IMG/VR virus record: IMGVR_UViG_3300046455_000369
Length of the DNA: 36,858 nucleotides
Strand: one strand, 5' to 3'
Source of the DNA: a virus
Below the pieces are notes generated by a model. The model saw only the letters and a list, made by a program, of their open reading frames with translations, searched no databases and was not told where the DNA came from. Below are positions 1 through 8,003 of this stretch, piece by piece. Each line of letters begins with the position of its first letter. Position 1 is the stretch's first letter. A program made the position numbers and the translations under genes.

Positions 1-127
1 CGTCGCGACGACGCTGGACGACCTGCACACCTCAGACGGGGCGACGGCGATGGTGTGGGAGTTCATCGGCCCGATCATCGCCTCGACCTACAACGAGACG
101 TTCAGGATCAAGCTGCCCGCGATCAAG
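1..127. repeat. Window-terminal overlap, copy 1 (identical to 36732-36858)
   Basis: The same 127 nt (cgtcgcgacgacgctggacgacctgcac...aagctgcccgcgatcaag) occur at both window ends. The repeat lies inside the major tail protein reading frame. Confidence 0.95.
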
Positions 128-253
128 TTGGACGAAGGCCCCCCGGTCGTCGACGGCTTCGGGGTGATCAAGCCCACGTTCAGCTTCACCGGCCTGTACG
201 ACGGCACGAACCAACCTGCCATTGAGTACATGAGCACTGACGTCACTCTCTGA
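1..253 (+). CDS. Major tail (tube) protein, 3' portion (continuation of 35998-36858; bases 1-127 duplicate the window end)
   Basis: The frame is continuous with the ORF that runs off the window end (...YVATTLDDLHTSDGATAMVWEFIGPIIASTYNETFRIKLPAIKLDEG...STDVTL*). Stop is TGA at 251-253. The joined protein is 328 aa. Confidence 0.75.
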   Translation, partial: VATTLDDLHTSDGATAMVWEFIGPIIASTYNETFRIKLPAIKLDEGPPVVDGFGVIKPTFSFTGLYDGTNQPAIEYMSTDVTL

Positions 254-264
254 GAGGTGGCCTC

Positions 265-777
265 ATGCCACGTGACGTGCGGATCCTGAACACCGGCAGT
301 CTGCTGGAGCTCTCGCGGCGCCTGCGGACTGCCGGTGGCCCGCGGCTCCGCGACAACATGGCCCGCCGGATCCGGCGGGCGGCCGAGCCCCTGCACCGGG
401 ACCTGCAGTCCACAATGCGCGGCCTGGATATCCGGCCCCAGGGCCGCACCACTCGCCCCGGTGGTCCGAGCATGAACACCCGCCCGCTGCGGGCGACGCT
501 CGCGGAAGCGATCCGGCTCTCGGTGCGGACCAGCGGCAACCTCGGCGCCACGGTGTGGATCGACCAAGGTCGCCTGCCCAAGGGCTACGAGAACATCCCC
601 AACGAGCTGAACAAGGGCCGCCTGCGCCACCCCACCTTCGGCAACAAGAGCCGACGCGGATGGGTCAACCAGTACGCCTCACCTCCCTGGTGGGACACCG
701 TTGTCCGCCAGCACCGACCCCGCATGGAGCAAGAGGTTGCCCGGGTCCTGGACGACGTCCGGCGCAGCCTCGACTAG
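265..777 (+). CDS. HK97 gp10-like neck/tail-completion family protein (170 aa)
   Basis: RBS gaggtgg lies upstream of ATG 265. Pattern LLELSRRLRTAG-PRLRDNMARRIRRAAEPLHRDLQ...RATLAEAIRLSV...RHPTFGN...W resembles gp10-family proteins. The assignment is from memory of the family, not a search. Confidence 0.5.
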   Translation: MPRDVRILNTGSLLELSRRLRTAGGPRLRDNMARRIRRAAEPLHRDLQSTMRGLDIRPQGRTTRPGGPSMNTRPLRATLAEAIRLSVRTSGNLGATVWIDQGRLPKGYENIPNELNKGRLRHPTFGNKSRRGWVNQYASPPWWDTVVRQHRPRMEQEVARVLDDVRRSLD

Positions 778-785
778 GAGCACAC

Positions 786-1253
786 GTGATCATCTTTTAC
801 GAGCCGGCCGACGGCGCAGTCCAGCGGTTCGAGGCGGGCCGTGGCCGCCTGCGCGCCTCCGAGATCCAGATCATCGAGCGGACCGCCGGTGAGGACTGGG
901 ACACGGTCAAGAAGGCGGTCAGCGACGGCAATCTCGGCGCCATGCGCGTGGTCGTCTGGGCTCTGCTCAAGCGCAGCCAGCCGGCGCTGAAGTTCGGCGA
1001 GTTCGACCCCTTCGAGGGTGAGCTGTACTCGCGGCTGGACGAGCGCGAGGTGCGCAGCTTTGCCGAGGCGTTCGTGGAGAAGTTCGGCGCCGAGCCCGAG
1101 GAGCTGGCGGAGGCCTTCGAGGAGCTGCGTGAGTCGGCCGCCGACCGCGAGGTCGCTGACCGGGTGATCGCTGAAGTGACGGCCCCAAAAGACCCGGCCC
1201 CCGAGGACCAGCCGGGGCCGATGCCGGAGGAAGCTTCACCGACCGACGGCTGA
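786..1253 (+). CDS. Tail assembly chaperone (gpG-like), 155 aa
   Basis: AGGAG at 776-780, then GTG 786. The protein is acidic (VIIFYEPADGAVQRFEAG...EELAEAFEELRESAADRE) and sits immediately upstream of the tape measure gene. The upstream part of track ORF 555-1253 overlaps the previous gene and is discounted. Confidence 0.75.
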   Translation: MIIFYEPADGAVQRFEAGRGRLRASEIQIIERTAGEDWDTVKKAVSDGNLGAMRVVVWALLKRSQPALKFGEFDPFEGELYSRLDEREVRSFAEAFVEKFGAEPEELAEAFEELRESAADREVADRVIAEVTAPKDPAPEDQPGPMPEEASPTDG

Positions 1254-1387
1254 GCTACCTGCCGCTGCTCGCGTTCTACCTCCATCTCTCGCCCCGCGAG
1301 GTCGATGACCTCACCGAGGAAGAGTTCGACCTGCTCACCGCCTGGATCGACCAGCACCAGGCCCAAGCCCAGACCACAGGGGGGTGA
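786..1387 (+). CDS. Tail assembly chaperone -1 frameshift product (gpGT-like fusion; slip at 1184-1190)
   Basis: The -1 frame extension encodes ...SYLPLLAFYLHLSPREVDDLTEEEFDLLTAWIDQHQAQAQTTGG* and ends 3 nt before the tape measure ATG. This is the conserved G/GT arrangement of long-tailed phages. Confidence 0.6.
1184..1190 (+). promoter_or_regulatory. Candidate -1 programmed ribosomal frameshift slippery heptamer C CCA AAA
   Basis: In the zero frame of the chaperone gene the sequence reads gcC CCA AAA gac, an X XXY YYZ pattern. The -1 frame is open from 1175 to TGA 1385-1387. Confidence 0.6.
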
Positions 1388-1390
1388 GCG

Positions 1391-4300
1391 ATGTCGGACT
1401 CGCAGCGGCTACGGTTCATCCTCGACGGCGACGACCGCCTGAGCCGTGTCCTCAACCACGCCGGCGACTCCTCGGCCCGACTGCACCGCCGGCTCAACGA
1501 CGACATGGACGGCAACAGCCGGGCCGTCGACGGGTTCTTCCGGTCCGCCGACGGCCGCCTGAGGGACCTGCGCGGCCGGTTCCTCTCGGCCGACGACGCT
1601 GCCCGTGTGATGGGCGACGGCCTGCCCAACCTCAACCGCAGACTCGGCGACTTCTCCAACGCGGCATCCAGCGCGGGCGAGTCCGGCATGGGCCTCATGG
1701 GTGCACTCAAGGGCGTCGGCATCGTCGCAGGCTTCTCCCTTCTTCCGGCGATCGGCGCCCTGGTCCCGCTGCTGCTCGGTGCCGGCGCGGCCGCGGGCAC
1801 CCTCAAGCTCGGGTTCTCCGGTGTCGGTGACGCGCTCCAGGCGCAGGGGAAGGGCGCGAAGGAGTACAAGGACGCGCTGAAGAAGCTGTCGCCTGAGGCG
1901 CAGACCTTCACGAAGGCGCTGGTCGGGCTGAAGGGCGAGTTCGGCCCGATCGGCAAGGCGATCCAGAAGTCGATGCTGCCCGGCTTCACCGCGGCGGTGA
2001 AGGCGGCTGGGCCCGTCGTGAGGATCCTCGGCAAGTCCATGACCGAGATGGGCCGGGACTTCGGGGACGCGGGCCAGGGCGTCGCCAAGCTCCTCAAGGA
2101 CAGTGGGTTCCAGGACGACCTGCAGAAGAACCTGCACATGGGCGTCGGCGCGATCAAGGACATCACGGCCGCGGTCGGCCCGTTCGTCCGATCGCTGCTC
2201 GATCTGGGTGCCGCGTCCGGCCCGACCCTGAAGGCGCTCACGGGCGGGCTCTCGGACCTGCTCAGCAAGGGTCTGCCGTCGCTTTTCGACGGGCTGAAGC
2301 AGGGCATCCCCGGCGCGGCCAAGCTGCTCAGCGGCTTGTTCTCCGGGGTCAACGATCTGCTCGGCGGGATCGGACGGCTGTCCGGTGTGGCGGGTAAGGT
2401 CCTCGGTCCACTGTTCGGCGACACGTTCAAGGTCACGGGCTCCGTGGCGGCCGGGGCGATGGACGCGCTGGGCATGGAGCTGACGAAGCTGGAACCAGTC
2501 TTCCGTGACGTGGGGTTCGGCCTCAAAGCGATCATGGATGTCGGGCGGATCATCGGCCCGACCCTCGCGGACACGGGCACGGCAATCGCCGGCGCGTTCG
2601 CCCCGGTCGGTGACTCCGTGAATGGTGCCGTCGGACCGCTGCAGCGCCTGGACCGGTGGGTGAAGAACAACAAGGTCGACGTTCTGGAGGCGGCCCGGTT
2701 GTTCGGCGTGTCCTTCATCGACATGACGAGCGCCTCGGTTAAGGCCGCGCCGCAGATCATCCACGCGTTCCGGCTCGTCAGCGAAGGTGTCCTGTACGCG
2801 CTGGACGGCATGGTGTCAGGGGCGGCGCAGGCGTTCGGTTGGGTGCCCGGGATCGGTTCCAAGCTCAAGGCTGCGAACCGGGCGTTCGACTCCTTCAAGG
2901 ACGGCTACCTGGGCGCCCTGAGCACGGCCGAGCGCAAGGCCAACGAGTTCGCCGATTCGACCGTGCCGCGTCTGTCGCAGGGCAAGCTGCAGCTGAACAT
3001 CAACAACTGGACGTCGCAGATCGAGGCCGCCAAGGCCAAGATGAAGACTCTCCCGGCGTCGAAGCAGGCCGCGCTCAAGGCGACGATCGCCGACCTGGAA
3101 GCGAAGGTCCGGGCCGCGAAGGGCCAGCTGGCGTCACTGCACGACAAGAACGTCAGCGTGACCACCACGTTCTACTCGGTCGGCTCGAAGGCCAGCGGCG
3201 GGATTCCGGTCGCCCACCGGAACTACGCGTCCGGTGGTACGCCGAAGGCCGGCCAGTTGGCGATGGTCGGCGAGCGTGGTCCCGAGATGGTCGTGTTCGG
3301 GCAGGACGCCCGGGTGTTCACCGCTGAGGAGACGAAGGGCATCCTGCGGGGCAGTGCCGGGCCGCGGACTATCGGGGCCGGTGTGGCGGCCGCGCAGGGC
3401 CTGGCCGCGGGTATGGCCGGGTCGACGGGTGTCGTGGGTGCGGCAGCGCGGGCGATGGCGGCCGCGGTCACGGCCGGGGTCCGGGACGAGCTGGAGATCC
3501 GTTCGCCGTCGCGGAAGATGAAGGCGCTGATGGCCGATGTCGGCAAGGGCATCATCATCGGTCTGACCGGCTCCAGAGCCAAGATCAAGTCGACGGCCGC
3601 GGACCTGGCCCGGGACATCCGGACGGCGTTCTCCGGCAGGAAGGAGAGCCGCCTCCTCCGGTACGTGGACCAGCAGACGAAGCGGCTGCTGGACGCCGCG
3701 GCGAAGCGCGACAAGATCGCGGCGAAGATCGCTGAGGCGAAGCAGTACGCGTCCACGCTGACCACGAACGCCCGCAGTGCGGCCGGCCTGTCCAACCTCG
3801 GCATGGACCCTGACCACGTCACGGCCAAGGGCATCAAGACGGGGCTGCAGCAGAAGCTCGCGCAGATCCAGCAGTTCACCAGGTACATCGGCATCCTGGC
3901 CAAGCGAGGGCTGAACAAAGCCCTGCTGCGGCAGATCGAAGACATGGGCCCGGTCGACGGCTACGCCTACGCCTCGGCCCTGGTCGGCGCGGACAAGGCC
4001 ACGTTTTCGTCGATCAACAAGACCGAGACCGCGATCAACAAGACGACGGCCTCGCTGGGCCGCCAGGGCGCGGACATCCTGTACGACTCGGGCAAGAACG
4101 CGTCGAAGGGCTTCCTGGCCGGTCTGCAGTCCCAGCAGGCCGCCATCGAGAAGCTGATGGAGAAGATCGCCAGGGGCATGCAGAAGGCCCTACGGCGCGC
4201 CCTCGGTATCGCCTCGCCCGCGAAGAAGATGATCCCCGACGGGGTCAACGTCATGCGGGGCGTGGCCGTCGGCGTCCTGCAGGGGCTGCCCCACATCGAC

Positions 4301-4516
4301 AACGCCATGGCGGCGGCGGCCGGGCGGATGACCGGGGCCCTGCCGGCCGCCGGGCGTCCCGCGGTGGCGGGCGCGGGCGGCGGCACGGTCATCAACGTGC
4401 AGGTGGACGTGCACGACGCCATGGACCCGGTCGCCGTTGGCAGGGAACTCCAGCGGGTACTCCTGCAGTTCGGCCGCGTACAGGGCGGCGCCGTCACTCT
4501 GAAGGTAGGGGGATGA
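1391..4516 (+). CDS. Tape measure protein (1041 aa)
   Basis: Largest ORF, downstream of the chaperone pair. It has Gly/Ala-rich hydrophobic segments (GIVAGFSLLPAIGALVPLLLGAGAAAG), long helical regions, and the typical MVGERGPEMVVFG motif. Confidence 0.9.
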   Translation: MSDSQRLRFILDGDDRLSRVLNHAGDSSARLHRRLNDDMDGNSRAVDGFFRSADGRLRDLRGRFLSADDAARVMGDGLPNLNRRLGDFSNAASSAGESGMGLMGALKGVGIVAGFSLLPAIGALVPLLLGAGAAAGTLKLGFSGVGDALQAQGKGAKEYKDALKKLSPEAQTFTKALVGLKGEFGPIGKAIQKSMLPGFTAAVKAAGPVVRILGKSMTEMGRDFGDAGQGVAKLLKDSGFQDDLQKNLHMGVGAIKDITAAVGPFVRSLLDLGAASGPTLKALTGGLSDLLSKGLPSLFDGLKQGIPGAAKLLSGLFSGVNDLLGGIGRLSGVAGKVLGPLFGDTFKVTGSVAAGAMDALGMELTKLEPVFRDVGFGLKAIMDVGRIIGPTLADTGTAIAGAFAPVGDSVNGAVGPLQRLDRWVKNNKVDVLEAARLFGVSFIDMTSASVKAAPQIIHAFRLVSEGVLYALDGMVSGAAQAFGWVPGIGSKLKAANRAFDSFKDGYLGALSTAERKANEFADSTVPRLSQGKLQLNINNWTSQIEAAKAKMKTLPASKQAALKATIADLEAKVRAAKGQLASLHDKNVSVTTTFYSVGSKASGGIPVAHRNYASGGTPKAGQLAMVGERGPEMVVFGQDARVFTAEETKGILRGSAGPRTIGAGVAAAQGLAAGMAGSTGVVGAAARAMAAAVTAGVRDELEIRSPSRKMKALMADVGKGIIIGLTGSRAKIKSTAADLARDIRTAFSGRKESRLLRYVDQQTKRLLDAAAKRDKIAAKIAEAKQYASTLTTNARSAAGLSNLGMDPDHVTAKGIKTGLQQKLAQIQQFTRYIGILAKRGLNKALLRQIEDMGPVDGYAYASALVGADKATFSSINKTETAINKTTASLGRQGADILYDSGKNASKGFLAGLQSQQAAIEKLMEKIARGMQKALRRALGIASPAKKMIPDGVNVMRGVAVGVLQGLPHIDNAMAAAAGRMTGALPAAGRPAVAGAGGGTVINVQVDVHDAMDPVAVGRELQRVLLQFGRVQGGAVTLKVGG

Positions 4517-4519
4517 CTC

Positions 4520-6967
4520 GTGGCTCTGCTCGCCGAGATGGGGTGGGGTGGCCTGGTCCAGGACCCGGCCACCATCACGTGGACGGACATCTCGACCTAC
4601 GTGGACATGGCGACGGGAGTGACCATCACCCGGGGCGCTTCCGACGAGCTGTCGGAGACGCAGCCGGGGACGGCCACCCTGCGCCTGGACAACGCCGACG
4701 GCCGGTTCACCCCGGGCAACGCGGCCTCGCCCTATTACCCGTTCGTGCGCCGCAACGCGCCGATCCGGATCTCGGTGGCGGCCATCCCCGTCCGGACCGG
4801 ATCGGCCCCGTACCTGCTGGAGCAGCTCGGCGACGACTTCGACAACAACCAGGTCGACACCACGCTATGGACGGCGTCGGGCGGGGCCAGCGAAACGAAC
4901 GGGCGCATGCGCCTGCCCCTCGTGGCCGCAGGCACCACGGCCCGGTTCGTGAGCCTGCGTCAGTGGAAACTGCAGGGGTCGAAGCTGACGGCGAAGCTGT
5001 GCACCATCCCTGCTGGCGGCGGCAGCGCGTTCGGGTCGGTGACGATGTACGTGGAGGCGGTCGCCAGCAACACGTGGCTTCGCTGGACGTACAACGCCCT
5101 CGACGGGAAGCTGCGCGCGTACAACGACGCCGGGTCTACCGACCCCTCGCCGACCGTGCTCACCTACGACCCGATCCAGCACGCGTGGCTGCGGATCCGC
5201 GAGGCGTCGGGGACCGTGTACTTCGAGACCAGCCCGGACGGCGTTGTGTGGACGGTATGCCGGTCGCTGGCCACCCCGGCGTGGGTCGTGACGGACACGG
5301 TGCAGGTGGAATTCGCCGCGAACCGCTCCGGCGGCACCAGCGACTACGCCGAGTTCGACCTGGTCGGCGCCGATGTCCGGCCCCGCTTCTACGGCATGGT
5401 CAACGAATTCCCCGTGGACTGGGAAGGCCTCAGCAGCCACGTGCAGGTCACCTGCACGGACCTGTTCAAGCGGCTCAACAGGCTGCCCACGCTCCGGTCG
5501 ATGCTGACCGAGGAGATCGCCAAGATCTTGCCCACCGTGTACTACCCGCTGACCGAGCCGTCCGGGGCGGCATCCGCCGGCGACATCTCCGGCAACGCCC
5601 TGCCCTCGATGGCCATCACGCAGGTGTCGACGGGCGGCACGCTCACCATGGGCACCGACACCGGGCCGACCGAGACCGGCGACAGTACCCCGACGTTCAC
5701 CCCGTCCTCGGCGACGGCCGGCCTGTACCTCGCGGTCGACCTGGGGGTGGCCACCCAGCAGGCGCTCACGTCCTCCGTGTTCTCGGTCGAGGGCTGGTTC
5801 AAGACGACGACGACCGGCCGGGCCATCCTCAGCCTGTACTCACCGGACCTGCAGTGCGTCCAGGTCGTGTCCCTGTCGGCGTCCGGCGCCCTGCAGATCG
5901 AATGGACTGCCTCGGGTTCCAGCACCCTGACGGTGGAGGCCATCGCCGGAACCAGCGGCCTGAACGATGGGGCCTGGCATCACTTCGAGTGGGACCAGAG
6001 CGGCAGTGGCAGCGTCGCCGTGGACGGCGTGGTGGTCGACCCCAGCGTGCCCGTCACGGACGGGTTCGACCAGCGGACCCTTCACATCGGCGGATACCGC
6101 GGCACCCGGCTGTGGTCCGGGTCGATCGCGCACGTCGCGCTGTATGCGCGGTCCTCGATGGGCAGCGTCCTCGCCACCCACTACGCCACGGGCATGACCG
6201 GGAACGCTGGCGAGACCGCAGACTCCCGGATCGAACGGTTCTGCGACTATGCGGGCCTGGTCAACGTCTTCTTCCAGGGGAGCACGTTCGACCCGATCGC
6301 GTCCCAAGGGCCTGGCGGCACGGGCGTGGTGGCGCGGATGCGGGAGGTGGAAGCCACCGAGTCGGCGAAACTCTTCGCGGACCGCGACGACTTCGGCATG
6401 ACGTTCCAGTCCCGGGACCTGCGCTACAACCCGTCGCCCGCTGGCGAGGCGTTCACGATCGCCTACGCAGACCTGGAGACCAAGAGCGTCGAGTTCGCCG
6501 ACGACGACCAGAAGCTGATCAACAGCATCGAGGCATCCCGCCCGGGCGGCGCCACCCAGAAAGTCACTGCTCCGTCCAGCATCCTGGCGTTCGGGGTGTA
6601 CGACCCGGGCTCCCTCTCGATCCTCAAGACCAGCGACAACAGCGTGCTGGACGCGGCGTCCTGGCGGGTATCCCGCTACGCCAACCCGGGGCCCGAGCTG
6701 CGCGAGGTGCCAATCGAGGCGTACACGATGGCCAACTACACGGGCATCCTCGCCGCCGACATCTCCAGCTACTTCAGCGTCACCGCCATGCCGTCGCAAG
6801 CGCCGTTCTCCTCGGTACGGGTCACCGTCGAGGGCTACACGGAGACGCTCAAGGAGCGGTCGCATCTGATCCAGTTCCACACCAGCACCACCAACAACGA
6901 CTCCGTGTGGGTGCTGGACGACCCGGTCTACAGCGTCCTCGACTACACCACCCGCCTCGCCTACTAG
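4520..6967 (+). CDS. Distal tail protein (Dit, siphovirus tail component) enlarged by two ConA/LamG-like lectin-fold insertions (815 aa)
   Basis: GTG 4520 lies 3 nt after the TMP stop. The N-terminus ITWTDISTYVDMATGVTITRGASDELSETQPGTATLRLDNADGRFTP is Dit-like. aa ~100-285 form a jelly-roll-like insert (HAWLRIREASGTVYFETSPDGVVW). aa ~395-560 form a LamG-type insert (FSVEGWFK...DGAWHHFEW...LHIGGY...GSIAHVALY). A Dit-like C-terminal part follows. Confidence 0.8.
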   Translation: MALLAEMGWGGLVQDPATITWTDISTYVDMATGVTITRGASDELSETQPGTATLRLDNADGRFTPGNAASPYYPFVRRNAPIRISVAAIPVRTGSAPYLLEQLGDDFDNNQVDTTLWTASGGASETNGRMRLPLVAAGTTARFVSLRQWKLQGSKLTAKLCTIPAGGGSAFGSVTMYVEAVASNTWLRWTYNALDGKLRAYNDAGSTDPSPTVLTYDPIQHAWLRIREASGTVYFETSPDGVVWTVCRSLATPAWVVTDTVQVEFAANRSGGTSDYAEFDLVGADVRPRFYGMVNEFPVDWEGLSSHVQVTCTDLFKRLNRLPTLRSMLTEEIAKILPTVYYPLTEPSGAASAGDISGNALPSMAITQVSTGGTLTMGTDTGPTETGDSTPTFTPSSATAGLYLAVDLGVATQQALTSSVFSVEGWFKTTTTGRAILSLYSPDLQCVQVVSLSASGALQIEWTASGSSTLTVEAIAGTSGLNDGAWHHFEWDQSGSGSVAVDGVVVDPSVPVTDGFDQRTLHIGGYRGTRLWSGSIAHVALYARSSMGSVLATHYATGMTGNAGETADSRIERFCDYAGLVNVFFQGSTFDPIASQGPGGTGVVARMREVEATESAKLFADRDDFGMTFQSRDLRYNPSPAGEAFTIAYADLETKSVEFADDDQKLINSIEASRPGGATQKVTAPSSILAFGVYDPGSLSILKTSDNSVLDAASWRVSRYANPGPELREVPIEAYTMANYTGILAADISSYFSVTAMPSQAPFSSVRVTVEGYTETLKERSHLIQFHTSTTNNDSVWVLDDPVYSVLDYTTRLAY

Positions 6968-6975
6968 GAGCTGCC

Positions 6976-7428
6976 GTGCCCGCCGTCATCCCCGTTGTGC
7001 GCGCCGAGACGTTCTACCTGCCGGCCCCACCCGAGTCGCCGGACGCCTGGGCGATGGTGCCCCCGGCGCTGCTGGTGTGGCGCTGGTACGAGGCGCGCAT
7101 GGGCCGCCGTGTCATCCCGCCCGACGACGACTCGGTCACCGGGGAGTCGTACTACGCGCGCATCAACCAGAACCGATGGCTGGCCGACTGCTCGTCGTGC
7201 GGGTCGGCGGCCGTCGTCTCCCCGGCAGACCCGCGGTACGCCTGCACCCAGTGCGGCTGGGGCTGGTGCGCGCTCACCTTCCCGGCCGACGTCGCCGCGG
7301 TCGAGGCCAGCCTCATAGGCCTCAAGCCTGCCCTCAGGAACTGGTGGAACGACGCCGACCCCAGCAACCCGAACCCGCCGCCGGGCGATCCGATCCCCAG
7401 CCCGCCCGACCCGCAGAAGGTGACCTGA
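6976..7428 (+). CDS. Tail-module protein with CxxC...CxxC zinc-ribbon (150 aa), function unknown
   Basis: AGGAG at 6966-6970, then GTG 6976. This is the last 150 codons of track ORF 4513-7428. Motif: CSSCGSAAVVSPADPRYACTQCGWGWC, with a Pro-rich C-terminus. Confidence 0.6.
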   Translation: MPAVIPVVRAETFYLPAPPESPDAWAMVPPALLVWRWYEARMGRRVIPPDDDSVTGESYYARINQNRWLADCSSCGSAAVVSPADPRYACTQCGWGWCALTFPADVAAVEASLIGLKPALRNWWNDADPSNPNPPPGDPIPSPPDPQKVT

Positions 7429-7429
7429 C

Positions 7430-7939
7430 GTGACATCCACTCCCCGGACCTGGGTGGTCGGCGAGGTGGTCACCGGTGCGCTGATGAACCAGGAGATCCG
7501 CGACCAGTTCAACAGCTTCTTCGGGGCCTGGACCAGCTACACCCCGACGTTCGGGTCCGCGGGCACCGCCCCGGCAGTGGGTAACGGAACTCTGTCCGGC
7601 CAGTACATGAAGGTCGGCCGGAGCGTCCTCGTATCCCTGGTCCTCACCGTCGGCAGCACCACCACCTTCGGCAGCGGCAACCTGAACTTCAGTCTGCCCG
7701 CCACCGTGTCCGCGTCGGCGGCTGGCGCCGTCCTCAACGCCAGCACCAGCCGCACGGGCACACAGAACTTCGTCGTGGGTGCCGCCCCGCTGAGCAACAA
7801 CGGCACCAACACCGGCACCATCTGGTTCGCGTCGACGAGCACCTCGGGCGACTGGGACGCGTGGACCACGTCCACGCCGTGGACCCTGGCGGCCGGTGAC
7901 ATCGTCCGCGTCTGGGGCACCTACCAGGCCTCTTCCTGA
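7430..7939 (+). CDS. Minor tail protein / putative receptor-binding tip (169 aa)
   Basis: GTG 7430. The N-terminal motif PRTWVVGEVVTGALMNQEIRDQF is typical of actinophage minor tail proteins. The rest is Gly/Ser/Thr-rich and beta-like. Confidence 0.65.
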   Translation: MTSTPRTWVVGEVVTGALMNQEIRDQFNSFFGAWTSYTPTFGSAGTAPAVGNGTLSGQYMKVGRSVLVSLVLTVGSTTTFGSGNLNFSLPATVSASAAGAVLNASTSRTGTQNFVVGAAPLSNNGTNTGTIWFASTSTSGDWDAWTTSTPWTLAAGDIVRVWGTYQASS

Positions 7940-7958
7940 CCCACCCCTCACCCCGCAC

Positions 7959-7983
7959 GCCCCGAGCCGATGGCCGGGGCTTT
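7959..7983 (+). terminator. Hairpin plus short T-run after the tail genes
   Basis: gccccgagcc-gat-ggccggggc followed by ttt. It lies between the minor tail gene and the endolysin gene. Confidence 0.5.
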
Positions 7984-8003
7984 CGTCATTCCTGGAGCCC
8001 TTC

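Noticed and set aside
1-127. Terminal direct repeat as a true physical DTR, LTR or transposon end
   Set aside because: The repeat lies in frame inside the tail tube gene, and the ORF is continuous across the junction. An assembly or circular-permutation overlap is the simpler explanation.
1276-2898. 540-aa ORF on the minus strand opposite the tape measure gene (with sibling ORFs 1409-2764 and 3223-3945)
   Set aside because: - This is a typical high-GC antisense artefact.
- It is rich in Arg/Ala/Pro/Ser and has no RBS.
- It fully overlaps a strongly supported + strand gene, with GC concentrated in the wrong codon position.
4513-6975. First about 820 codons of the 971-aa + strand ORF 4513-7428
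   Set aside because: - This part is out of frame with the well-supported Dit gene.
- It is composed of Arg/Gly/Pro/His runs.
- Only the last 150 codons (from GTG 6976, with AGGAG upstream) look like a real gene.
7896-8003. Upstream extension of the endolysin ORF
   Set aside because: It overlaps the minor tail gene end and the terminator hairpin. ATG 8004 has a GGAG RBS.
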